Notes: generated from the sequence alone by a model not told the origin. 64,000 nucleotides of DNA from Deltaproteobacteria bacterium (GCA_050263095.1 JBLNEW010000071.1:30175-94174); one strand, 5' to 3'; positions 27,605-37,599 are shown, counted from the stretch's first letter. Translations and numbers: made by a program.

Positions 27605-27756
27605 CGGGGTCTCCCGGGGAAACGTGGTTGTGTGTAAGTGCCTTCCGGTCCTGCGTTTTTAAGATGTAGTAAAACATTTTCCGTTTCCGGCGTATTCTAT
27701 TACTTGGGGAAGGTAGGTCCTGATAACGATAACGCCCGCGCGGCGGGGAGGGTCCG

Positions 27757-27939
27757 ATGACCGAGCTTAAAAATCGCTGCCTGGTGTGCGGCAAGCCTGA
27801 CCCCGGTGAGGACAGCATCTGCCCGGTTTGCAAGGCGCTCATCCGCGGAGAGGCGCTCGAACATCAGAAGCAGATAAAGAAGGACGCAGACCGCGAGCTC
27901 CACAAGGAAGGGTCCGACCCGATCAAGCCGAAGAAATGA
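27757..27939 (+). CDS. Small zinc-ribbon protein (60 aa), hypothetical
   Basis: MTELKNRCLVCGKPDPGEDSICPVCKALI... followed by a Lys/Glu-rich tail. GGGAGGG lies upstream of the ATG. Confidence 0.45.
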   Translation: MTELKNRCLVCGKPDPGEDSICPVCKALIRGEALEHQKQIKKDADRELHKEGSDPIKPKK

Positions 27940-27984
27940 TCCGGGCCCGCTTCGTCAAGGCCTGTACGGGAAGGGAACGCCTCC

Positions 27985-29184
27985 CTATCCCCCGTGGACG
28001 ATTTCCGCAAACTTCCTGCCGAATTCGACGCATGCCGCCAGGTCCGCCTCGGAGGGGGACATCCGCACCCTGACAGGATCGGGCGAGACCTTGAGGCGCA
28101 TGGACGTCAGGATGTCCTGGACGGTCTTGATCGCCTCGCCGCTCCAGCCGTAGGACCCGAAAACCGACGCGGGCTTCCCCTTTACGTTCAGGACAACCAG
28201 GTTGGCGATAAGCTGAAGTATCGGCTGCGGGACGTTGCTGTTGAGGGTGGAGGTCCCGATGAGGAATCCGGCCGACACCTCGAACTCGTCAATTATCTTT
28301 TCCATCGGGACTTCGACGGAGTTCATGAGGACAGGAGTCAGCCCGCCCGCGCTCACGCCCTCCGCGACCTTTGCCGCCATCGCCGCCGTGTTTCCGTACG
28401 CGGAGGCGTAAACGATAGCCACCCTCTTTTCCTTCACCCGTGACAGGATGGAAGCCTTCTCCTCGTACCAGTCGATGTACGACTGGGGGTCCTTCCGCAG
28501 GATCGGCCCGTGCGAAGGCGCGATCATGGAGACCGGAAAGCTTTTGAGCCGCTCGCATGCCTTCAGGACGTACTCCTTGTACGGGCGCATTATGGTGCTG
28601 TAGTAGAATTCGAACGCCTTCCTGGCGACGGACGGGTCCGGAAGCTCGTCGTTGTAGAATTCCGGGCTGGAATAATGGGCGCCGAGGAAATCGCACGGAA
28701 ACAGGATCCGGTCCTCGACGAGGTAGGTGAGTATGGTGTCGGGCCAGTGGAGAAACGGCGCGTTTATGAACCTTAGCGTCTTCCCTCCCAGGGGCAGTTC
28801 CAGGTCGTCGCCGACGATCCGGTAAGGGAATCCGGCGTTTACGATGTTGTCTACGAACGTCTTCGCCGAACGGGACAGCAGAACGTTCACGCGGGGGTGG
28901 CGCTCCAGCAGGTCGACCAGCGCGCCGGCATGGTCGGGCTCGGAGTGGTTGATCACGACGTAATCGAGCTTCTCGACCGGGAGGAATTCGGAGATGTTGC
29001 GGAAAAGCTCCTGCGCGAAGGGGCGCTTGACGCAGTCGATAAGGGCGGTTTTCTCGGTCCCGCAGACCAGGTAGGAGTTGTAGGTCGTCCCGTATTCCGT
29101 GGGAATGACGATGTCGAAGACCGCCAGTCCGGGGTCCTTCGCTCCCACCCAGTGAACGTTCGGCGCAATGGTCACCGTCGGCAC
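27985..29184 (-). CDS. fprA: Flavodiiron protein (FprA / rubredoxin:oxygen oxidoreductase type)
   Basis: Metallo-beta-lactamase-like diiron domain (VINHSEPDHAGAL) plus a flavodoxin domain (VAIVYASAYGNT). I moved the start to the GTG at 29182-29184, which is preceded by GAGGAG. The track start at 29232 would overlap the rubredoxin gene. Confidence 0.85.
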   Translation of the reverse strand: MPTVTIAPNVHWVGAKDPGLAVFDIVIPTEYGTTYNSYLVCGTEKTALIDCVKRPFAQELFRNISEFLPVEKLDYVVINHSEPDHAGALVDLLERHPRVNVLLSRSAKTFVDNIVNAGFPYRIVGDDLELPLGGKTLRFINAPFLHWPDTILTYLVEDRILFPCDFLGAHYSSPEFYNDELPDPSVARKAFEFYYSTIMRPYKEYVLKACERLKSFPVSMIAPSHGPILRKDPQSYIDWYEEKASILSRVKEKRVAIVYASAYGNTAAMAAKVAEGVSAGGLTPVLMNSVEVPMEKIIDEFEVSAGFLIGTSTLNSNVPQPILQLIANLVVLNVKGKPASVFGSYGWSGEAIKTVQDILTSMRLKVSPDPVRVRMSPSEADLAACVEFGRKFAEIVHGG

Positions 29185-29189
29185 GGGGG

Positions 29190-29354
29190 CTACTCCTCTA
29201 TCCTCTCGAATTCGTCCTTTCCGGCGCTGCACAGCGGGCAGACCCAGTCGTCGGGTATGCTCTCGAACGGCGTCCCCGGCTCCACACCGTTATCGGGGTC
29301 CCCCTCGGCGGGATCGTAAATGTAGTTGCACACGATGCATCTCCACTTCTGCAT
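29190..29354 (-). CDS. rub: Rubredoxin (54 aa; below the ORF-track size cut-off)
   Basis: Codon-by-codon translation: [54 protein letters not shown]. It has the canonical CxxC...CPxCG rubredoxin motifs. GGAGG lies upstream of the ATG. Confidence 0.85.
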   Translation of the reverse strand: MQKWRCIVCNYIYDPAEGDPDNGVEPGTPFESIPDDWVCPLCSAGKDEFERIEE

Positions 29355-29389
29355 TGGGGCCTCCTGCCAGGGTCGGGACGAACGGAAAA

Positions 29390-29419
29390 ATTATATCGCC
29401 CGCCGCTCACGGACCGCAA
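29390..29419 (-). promoter_or_regulatory. Sigma-70-like promoter for rubredoxin-fprA (TTGCGG-18 nt-TATAAT on the minus strand)
   Basis: The reverse complement of 29390-29395 is TATAAT and of 29414-29419 is TTGCGG. It lies about 35 nt upstream of the rubredoxin ATG. Confidence 0.35.
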
Positions 29420-29463
29420 GACCGCCCCGCCGGCGGCAGCGGCCGCCCTCCCGCCGCGGAAGA

Positions 29464-29574
29464 TCATTGGATCTGCACGAATTTTTCCCTGGGAGCGCCG
29501 CAGACGGGGCAGGTGTCGGGCGGCTCTTCCGCCACGTGGATGTATCCGCATACGGTGCATTTCCATTTCTTCAT
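29464..29574 (-). CDS. Mini-rubredoxin (36 aa), rubrerythrin-C-terminal-domain type
   Basis: Translation: MKKWKCTVCGYIHVAEEPPDTCPVCGAPREKFVQIQ. It has two CxxCG knuckles with the spacing seen in the rubredoxin-like domain of rubrerythrins. Not in the ORF track because of its size. Confidence 0.6.
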   Translation of the reverse strand: MKKWKCTVCGYIHVAEEPPDTCPVCGAPREKFVQIQ

Positions 29575-29658
29575 CTGGCGCAACCCCCGGCGCGATTTCC
29601 CGTCCTTATATCACAATCCGGAATGGCCAGAAAGGAGCAGGGGAAGGAGCTCAACGTT

Positions 29659-29664
29659 TATAAT
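29659..29664 (+). promoter_or_regulatory. Candidate -10 (TATAAT) of a (near-)leaderless transcript
   Basis: Perfect TATAAT 9 nt upstream of the ATG at 29674. Confidence 0.3.
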
Positions 29665-29673
29665 GGAGTCGTC

Positions 29674-30192
29674 ATGATCGGGGAAGCCAGGAGGGTCGCG
29701 GACGGCCCCTACATAGCCGTGGACGTGGAGACCACCGGCATCGACGCCGCCGACGGGCACCGGGTCTGCGAGGTCGCGCTGCTCAAGTTCCTGCGCGGCG
29801 ACGTGATCGATTCGCTCGTGTCGCTCGTAAATCCCATGCGCCCGATATCTCCGGGGGCGTCGGCGATCAACGGGATCACCGACCTGATGGTGGCCGGGGC
29901 GCCGTGCTTCTGCGACCTCTTCCCCGGTATTCTTGCATTCATCGAGAACGACGTTCTCGTCTTCCACAACGCCCCGTTCGACCTCTCGTTCCTCCGGGCG
30001 GAAGCCCGAATCGCAGGCGGGGAATGGCCGGGGAACCCGTTCGTAGACACGCTCCTGCTGGCGCGCCGCACCGGCCGTTTCCGGAGCAACTCCCTTTCCT
30101 CGATATGCCGGGAACTGGGAATAGGGGCCGGATTCCACCGCGCCGAGGCGGACGCATATGCCGCCGGGAAACTCCTGCTGCATCTGAAATGA
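29674..30192 (+). CDS. DEDDh 3'-5' exonuclease (DnaQ/epsilon-like, stand-alone)
   Basis: Exo I YIAVDVETTG, Exo II LVFHNAPFDLSFL and Exo III HRAEADAYAAGKLL. The upstream part of track ORF 29326..30192 is antisense to the mini-rubredoxin and is not used. Confidence 0.8.
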   Translation: MIGEARRVADGPYIAVDVETTGIDAADGHRVCEVALLKFLRGDVIDSLVSLVNPMRPISPGASAINGITDLMVAGAPCFCDLFPGILAFIENDVLVFHNAPFDLSFLRAEARIAGGEWPGNPFVDTLLLARRTGRFRSNSLSSICRELGIGAGFHRAEADAYAAGKLLLHLK

Positions 30193-30205
30193 TACGGGGG
30201 CTGGA

Positions 30206-31327
30206 TTACCTGTCCGACTTTTTCCTTTTCGCGAGATCCTTGCGACGTACCCCCCGCGCGAGGAGAGCGAGCAGCTCCTCCCGGCGGTCGTACAGCCTGC
30301 CGTGCGCGCGTTTTTTCGCGCGGGACAGCACGTACGCCGTCAGCAGCGGCATGGCCACCGTCGAATCCAGGTAGCAGACAACGCTGTCCGGCAGGCGCTC
30401 GGGGTCGACCTTCCCCCAGGACACGGCTTCGGAAGGGGTGGCACCCGAGAGCCCTCCGGTGTCGGGCCTGGCGTCCGTTATCTGGAGGAAATAGTCGTGC
30501 CCCTTGTCCGCGATACCCAGGACTTCCTGAATCTGCGGCTCGGTCTGGAGCGCGAAGTTCTTCGGGGATCCTCCTCCGAAGATCCAGACCGCGCTCTTCC
30601 CCCTGTTTCTCTTGGCCGCGTAGACGATCGCGGCGGTCTCGTTCACGTCGGCCGAGACGTCGATCTTGGCCCCCCTGCCGAACAGGCGCATTGCCGCCAC
30701 GTTCATGCCGATGGACGAGTCGCCCGGGGAGGACGTGTAGACCGGAACGCCGTACCGGTGCGCGGCCGAAAGGACGCTCACCTCGCCCAAACCCAGCGCC
30801 TTTTCCCGCTCCGCCAGGTACCGTCCGAGGCGATAATGAAATTCCGCCGTGCCCATCTCCGCCTGGAACTCCTCCGCGTCGAGCACCATGCGGAAGAAGG
30901 AGTCCGTGTCGAGGAGGACATGGTAATCGAACAGGATGTCGTAGATGCGGACGACACCCTCGTCCCTGAGGACCCGGTCGTCGAGGAAGGGCGATCCTGC
31001 ATGCATCCTCATGCCCAGCCCGAAATGCGCGTCGTGGTAAAGGTTGGCGCCGGTCGACACGATCCAGTCGACGAAGCCCGCCTTGATCAGCGGCACCACG
31101 CAGGAGACGCCGAGGCCCGCCGGCGTGAGGGCGCCCGACAGCGAAAGCCCCACGGTGACCCCCGGGCGCAGCATCTTTTCCGCGAGCAGCCGCGCCCCTT
31201 CCCTGAGCCTTCCGGCGTTGTAGGCGAGGAAGAACCGGTCGATCATGTCCGCGGCCCGCACACCTCCCGGGACAGGAGGGGGAAGTATCCTTTTCCCCCG
31301 GAGGAAACGCGACCCCCGTTTCTTCAT
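30206..31327 (-). CDS. Deoxyhypusine synthase family protein (bacterial DHS-like / homospermidine-synthase-like)
   Basis: [13 protein letters not shown]...[14 protein letters not shown]...[14 protein letters not shown]...GGGSPKNF motifs. I use the ATG at 31327, which is preceded by GGAAGGAAG; the track start is a TTG at 31348. Confidence 0.8.
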   Translation of the reverse strand: MKKRGSRFLRGKRILPPPVPGGVRAADMIDRFFLAYNAGRLREGARLLAEKMLRPGVTVGLSLSGALTPAGLGVSCVVPLIKAGFVDWIVSTGANLYHDAHFGLGMRMHAGSPFLDDRVLRDEGVVRIYDILFDYHVLLDTDSFFRMVLDAEEFQAEMGTAEFHYRLGRYLAEREKALGLGEVSVLSAAHRYGVPVYTSSPGDSSIGMNVAAMRLFGRGAKIDVSADVNETAAIVYAAKRNRGKSAVWIFGGGSPKNFALQTEPQIQEVLGIADKGHDYFLQITDARPDTGGLSGATPSEAVSWGKVDPERLPDSVVCYLDSTVAMPLLTAYVLSRAKKRAHGRLYDRREELLALLARGVRRKDLAKRKKSDR

Positions 31328-31397
31328 GCTTCCTTCCGCCTCCCGCAAATGCCGGTTCCCCTCGTGAAGATCGACCGCATTATATCTCCTTCCACGC

Positions 31398-31403
31398 TAT
31401 AAT
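31398..31403 (+). promoter_or_regulatory. Candidate -10 (TATAAT) of a leaderless transcript
   Basis: Perfect TATAAT 6 nt upstream of the ATG at 31410. No Shine-Dalgarno sequence. Confidence 0.35.
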
Positions 31404-31409
31404 TGGCGC

Positions 31410-33029
31410 ATGAACCGCGGCCCTTCCCCTGAAAAAGCGGAGCTGTCCGCAATCTACGAAGTGGGGAAAATCCTTACTTCAACGGAGAACCTCCCGCGCG
31501 CGCTCGGGACCTCCCTCAGGACCCTCCAGAGCTTCCTGGGGTTCGACCGCGCGGCGATCCATCTCCCGGACGCCGCCACAAGGGAGCTCCGGATGGAGGT
31601 GGCCGCCGGCTACACGGCGGAGGAGCGCGGCCGGGCCCGCTACGTGTGGGGCGAGGGAATCGTCGGGAAGACGATGAAATCCGGGGGGCCGATCGCGATC
31701 CCGGACGTCCGGAAGGAGCCTTCGTTCCTGGACAAGACGCGCGCGCACGGGAGAACGCAGGATGAAAGCCTTTCGTACATCTCCGTTCCCTTGAAGATCG
31801 GCGCCGAGGTGCTGGGGGTGCTGACCGCGGAGCGGATCGGAAGGACCGGAACCCAGGCGCTGGAGGCGGACGCCCGCACCCTGATGGTCATCGGGTGCCT
31901 GATAGGCCAGGCGCTCAAGCTCCACGCGGCGATCGACCGGCTGCACGAGGAATTCCAGCGGCAGCGGCAGGAGTTCGAGAAGACGATACGCAAGACGTAC
32001 CGGATCGAGAACATCGTAGGACAGAGCAAGCGCATGCAGGAGGTTTTCGCTTCGGTGACCAGCGTCGCCCCTTCCCGCGCGACGGTGCTGCTGCGCGGGG
32101 AAAGCGGCACCGGCAAGGAGAGGATCGCGCGGGCGATCCACCTCGCGGGCTCGCGCGCCGACCAGCCCTTCGTCACGGTCAACTGCGCCGCGCTTCCCGA
32201 GACCTTGCTCGAATCGGAGCTTTTCGGCCACAAGAGAGGGGCCTTCACCGGGGCCATCGAGGAAAGGAAAGGAAGGTTCGAGCAGGCCTCCGGCGGAACG
32301 ATCTTCCTGGACGAGGTCGGCGACATACCGGTCCCCACGCAGGTCAAGCTGCTCCGAGTCCTGCAGGAGCGGAAGTTCGAGCGGCTCGGCGAGAACAGGA
32401 CCATATCCGTGGACGTGCGGATCATCGCCGCCACGAACGCCGACCTGGAGATGATGGTGGAGGATGGCCGCTTCCGGGAGGACCTTTTCTATCGCCTTAA
32501 CGTGATTCCGATATACCTGCCCCCCTTGAGGGACCGCCGCGAGGATGTCATACCCTTGACCGAGTATTTCCTGGACCGGTTCAACAAGGAGCACGGAAAA
32601 AACGTATCTTTCTCGCCCGAGGTCCTCGACCTGCTGCTCGAGTACCGGTGGCCGGGGAACGTCCGGGAGCTCGAGAACCTCGTCGAGCGCGCCGTCGTAA
32701 TGGCGAAGTCGCCCGTAGTCCACATACCCGACCTCCCCCGGCCGGTCCGGACGTTCTCGCCGCAGGAGCCCGACGCCGCGCTCCCCGCGTCCGGCGGGAC
32801 GCCGGCGGCACCCCCCGCAACGCCCGCAAAGGCCGCCGGACAGGCGCCCAGGGCCGAGTACCTGCGTGCGATGGAGCGGGAAGAGCTTCGGCGCGCGCTG
32901 GAAGGTACGGGATGGGTGATAGCCCGCGCGGCGCGCGTGCTCGGCTGGACCCCCCGCCAGGTCGCCTACAAGATGAAAAAGCACTCCCTTTCCTCCCCTT
33001 GGAAAACAAAAGCAGAGGGTCGTTCTTGA
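31410..33029 (+). CDS. Sigma-54-dependent transcriptional activator with an N-terminal GAF domain (NifA/Fis-family layout)
   Basis: GAF-like N-terminus, an AAA+ core (LLRGESGTGKE, GAFTGA-type HKRGAFTGA, ESELFGH) and a C-terminal HTH (AARVLGWTPRQVAYKMKKH). Confidence 0.9.
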   Translation: MNRGPSPEKAELSAIYEVGKILTSTENLPRALGTSLRTLQSFLGFDRAAIHLPDAATRELRMEVAAGYTAEERGRARYVWGEGIVGKTMKSGGPIAIPDVRKEPSFLDKTRAHGRTQDESLSYISVPLKIGAEVLGVLTAERIGRTGTQALEADARTLMVIGCLIGQALKLHAAIDRLHEEFQRQRQEFEKTIRKTYRIENIVGQSKRMQEVFASVTSVAPSRATVLLRGESGTGKERIARAIHLAGSRADQPFVTVNCAALPETLLESELFGHKRGAFTGAIEERKGRFEQASGGTIFLDEVGDIPVPTQVKLLRVLQERKFERLGENRTISVDVRIIAATNADLEMMVEDGRFREDLFYRLNVIPIYLPPLRDRREDVIPLTEYFLDRFNKEHGKNVSFSPEVLDLLLEYRWPGNVRELENLVERAVVMAKSPVVHIPDLPRPVRTFSPQEPDAALPASGGTPAAPPATPAKAAGQAPRAEYLRAMEREELRRALEGTGWVIARAARVLGWTPRQVAYKMKKHSLSSPWKTKAEGRS

Positions 33030-33104
33030 ACTTTTTTATCCTGCTCCTTCCTTATCGGAAAACCTGAAAATGTCCCGCCTGTAATACGCTGGCCCGGCCA
33101 CAAT

Positions 33105-33120
33105 TGTTGATAACACTACA
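33105..33120 (+). promoter_or_regulatory. TGT-N10-ACA element (NifA-type upstream activator sequence candidate)
   Basis: TGTTGATAACACTACA lies about 125 nt upstream of the sigma-54 promoter and is embedded in an AT-rich palindromic context (ACAATTGT). Confidence 0.35.
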
Positions 33121-33232
33121 ATAATGTCCTGAGTCGAAGCGGGAGGGCCGGCCCTCCCGCGCTTTCCCCGAGCGCGATTTTCTCCAATCCATTCAAGTGC
33201 TCACAGGCGATGCGCAGCCTTGGATATGCGCA

Positions 33233-33248
33233 TGGCACGTCTCCTGCT
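33233..33248 (+). promoter_or_regulatory. Sigma-54 (-24/-12) promoter
   Basis: TGGCACGTCTCCTGCT: the GG at 33234-33235 and the GC at 33246-33247 are 12 nt apart, matching TGGCACG-N4-TTGC(A/T) at all but one position. It lies about 40 nt upstream of the AGGAGG-ATG at 33289. Confidence 0.65.
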
Positions 33249-33288
33249 CTTCCCTCCGCCGAAACCAATTTTCTCCACGAAGGAGGCA

Positions 33289-34104
33289 ATGATGAGAACC
33301 ACGACTCGACTCCGCACCATCAGCCGCATGGCATTCGCGGCGGTTCTGATGTGCGTCGTCTCCGCCGGACCGGCCATGGCGACGCCGTCCACGATCGTCT
33401 GGATCCCGTCCGTGGACATCCAGCCGTACAAGACGGTACATCTGACATACGATTCCTACCTCCGTGCAAGGGAGAACCCCGACGGCACCCGGTCCGGCGC
33501 AATCGTCGACCTGGGCCTGACCGGCGGCGTCCTGCCGTTCCAGAAGATCCAGGCCGAGGTCGGTTTCGACCTGATCGATCAGCCCGGAGACGCCGGCAAG
33601 TACCCGCTCTTTTTCAACGCGAAGGTCGGCACGCCCGAGGACGCCTGGTTCAAGGGCTCGCCCGCCGTCGCGGTGGGCGGCTACAACTTCGGGACGAAAA
33701 GCGGCGACCTCCGTAAGGGAGACCCGGCGGCCACAAACCAGAACATAGTCTACGCGATCGCGGGAAAGACCCTTCCCGTCATCGGGCGTCTCGAGGCAGG
33801 CTACTTCGTGGGGAACAAGAAGGTCCTCGTGAACTTCGCCGAAACCGATGGCGCCGGCAACTTCAAGTCCGACGAGAAGGGGATCCTCCTTTCCTGGGAT
33901 CGAACGATCTCAGAGATCTCGGACAAGCTCTGGGCCGGCGTCGACTACCAGGGCAGCGATTCGGGGATCGGCGCCTTCAACTTCGGCGTCTCCTGGGCCT
34001 TCGCCAAGAATGTGAGCGTCATTTTCGGCTACGACATCTACAACGAGAAGAAGTCGGGTGGCGAGAACACCTACACCGTCCAGCTCGACATCAATTTCCC
34101 GTAA
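33289..34104 (+). CDS. Putative outer-membrane beta-barrel (porin-like) protein co-transcribed with amtB
   Basis: Start at the ATG preceded by AGGAGG. Signal peptide (...VVSAGPAMA), alternating beta-strand pattern rich in Gly/aromatics, and a terminus ...YTVQLDINFP. I did not recognise a named family. Confidence 0.5.
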   Translation: MMRTTTRLRTISRMAFAAVLMCVVSAGPAMATPSTIVWIPSVDIQPYKTVHLTYDSYLRARENPDGTRSGAIVDLGLTGGVLPFQKIQAEVGFDLIDQPGDAGKYPLFFNAKVGTPEDAWFKGSPAVAVGGYNFGTKSGDLRKGDPAATNQNIVYAIAGKTLPVIGRLEAGYFVGNKKVLVNFAETDGAGNFKSDEKGILLSWDRTISEISDKLWAGVDYQGSDSGIGAFNFGVSWAFAKNVSVIFGYDIYNEKKSGGENTYTVQLDINFP

Positions 34105-34336
34105 CACCCATTTCCATGTCCCGCCCAGGTCCGTATTTTTGGCCAGGCTCCGTCGCGAGGCGGTGGAGACGGGCGTGGATACAAGGCGCGCGAACTTCGG
34201 GCGACGCAGCCGTAGTCGACACTACGGCGAGGAGAACGAAGGAGCGCAACGCGGTAGACATGCCCGTATCCGCCGACGCAGCAGGAGGCCGGCGGGAAAT
34301 ACGGGCCAAGGGCGGGCGTGAAGAAGGAGAAAGACG

Positions 34337-36212
<1,876 letters not shown>

Positions 36213-36223
36213 ATGGAACGCAG

Positions 36224-36269
36224 GGAAGACCGGCAGCCGCTTCATCCTTCCGGCGGCGGCCGGTCTTCC
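36224..36269 (+). terminator. Long GC hairpin after glnK
   Basis: GGAAGACCGGC(36224-36234) pairs with GCCGGTCTTCC(36259-36269). An inner GCCGC/GCGGC pairing is also possible. The U-tract is weak (CUCGCG). Confidence 0.45.
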
Positions 36270-36295
36270 TCGCGCCGCGTCCTTAATGAATCCCC

Positions 36296-37555
36296 ATGAC
36301 CCCCCCGGATCGGATCGCCGCGGGTCTCGCCCTGCCGCTCTGGTCGGTCCTGCCCTTCCTCGGGCTTCTTTTCTCCATGGCGCTCCTCCCCCTTTTCGCC
36401 TCCCGGTTCTGGGCACGGCATTTCGGGAAGGTTAGCGCAGCGTTCGGCGTCCCGGTTGCGGCCTGGTTTTTCTTTTTTGCCCCGGGCGAGCTGATTCACA
36501 CCGCTTTCGAGTATCTCTCCTTCCTGGTCCTGTTGTTCAGCCTCTTCACGATCTCGGGTGGAATTCTGCTCCGCGGCACCCTCCGGGGGACGCCGGCGGT
36601 GAATTGCGGATTTCTGGCAGCCGGGGCGGCGCTCTCGAACATACTGGGAACGACCGGCGCGTCGATGCTCCTCATCCGGCCGCTCCTTCGCGCCAACTCG
36701 GGAAGGACTGGGTCGACGCGGATCTACGTCTTCTTCATCTTCGTGGTGGCCAATATCGGGGGAGCGCTCACTCCCGTCGGCGACCCGCCGCTCTTCCTCG
36801 GCTTCCTCAAAGGAGTGCCGTTCTTCTGGACGACCCGCAACCTGTGGAGTTGCTGGCTTGCCGCCGCGGGGATGGTCATCGGGATCTATTACCTCCTCGA
36901 CCGATGGGGCGCCCGGCCGGAGGGCGAGGCCGGGAGCGCGGAGGCGGGAGGCTCATCGGAAAGAGTTCCGCTTACCGTGGCGGGGAAGCGAAATCTCCTT
37001 CTTCTGGCAGTGGTCATCGCCGCCGTCTTCCTGCCGACACCGCTCCGGGAAACGGCGATGTTGACGGCAACGGCGCTCTCCATGTGGAAGACTCCGGCAT
37101 GGATCCGCCGGGATAACGGCTTCTCCTACCATCCGATCAAGGAGGTGGCGATCCTGTTCGCCGGGATCTTCGCGACAATGATCCCGGCGCTTCTGATCCT
37201 GCAATCCCACGGGGGCGAGCTGTGCATCACGGAACCCTGGCAATTCTTCTGGGCGTCGGGAACGCTCTCCAGTTTCCTGGACAACGCGCCCACGTACCTC
37301 ACCTTCCTCTCCCTGGCCCAAGGGCTGGGGGGATCCGCCGATATCGTAGGCGTTTCCGCTCCGATCCTGCGCGCCATCAGCGCCGGAGCGGTATTCATGG
37401 GAGCGGTCACCTACATCGGAAACGCGCCCAATTTCATGGTGAAGTCGATCGTGGAATCCTACGGCGTACCGATGCCCTCCTTTTTCGGTTATATGGGTTA
37501 TTCGTTCGCGGTCCTGCTCCCCGTCTTCGCTATCATCACCTGGATTTTTTTGTAG
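36296..37555 (+). CDS. ArsB/NhaD-superfamily permease (putative Na+/H+ antiporter or anion transporter)
   Basis: About 11-12 TM segments. The N-terminus LPLWSVLPFLGLLFSMALLPL...FWARHFGKV and the FLDNAPTYLTF motif resemble proteins usually annotated as sodium:proton antiporter. Confidence 0.65.
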   Translation: MTPPDRIAAGLALPLWSVLPFLGLLFSMALLPLFASRFWARHFGKVSAAFGVPVAAWFFFFAPGELIHTAFEYLSFLVLLFSLFTISGGILLRGTLRGTPAVNCGFLAAGAALSNILGTTGASMLLIRPLLRANSGRTGSTRIYVFFIFVVANIGGALTPVGDPPLFLGFLKGVPFFWTTRNLWSCWLAAAGMVIGIYYLLDRWGARPEGEAGSAEAGGSSERVPLTVAGKRNLLLLAVVIAAVFLPTPLRETAMLTATALSMWKTPAWIRRDNGFSYHPIKEVAILFAGIFATMIPALLILQSHGGELCITEPWQFFWASGTLSSFLDNAPTYLTFLSLAQGLGGSADIVGVSAPILRAISAGAVFMGAVTYIGNAPNFMVKSIVESYGVPMPSFFGYMGYSFAVLLPVFAIITWIFL

Positions 37556-37599
37556 GGAATCCCGCAACTGTTTTTTTAATCGTCCCGGTGCTCCTCCGC

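Noticed and set aside
27605-27756. Cobalamin riboswitch upstream of cobO
   Set aside because: The spacer is too short. It lacks the B12 box (AGYCMGGAGACCKGCC-like) and the GCCACUG core on the cobO strand.
29185-29232. Track start (GTG 29232) for the flavodiiron protein
   Set aside because: It would overlap the 3' end of the rubredoxin gene by 43 nt and adds the non-conserved sequence [16 protein letters not shown]. The GTG at 29184 has a GAGGAG SD and begins at the conserved PTVTIAPNVHWVG.
34200-34260. Glutamine (glnA-type) riboswitch upstream of amtB
   Set aside because: Only a GAAGGAGC-like fragment is present. The P1 CGUUC/GAACG pairing and the GGAAGUAGG core are missing. Retained only as a generic structured spacer.
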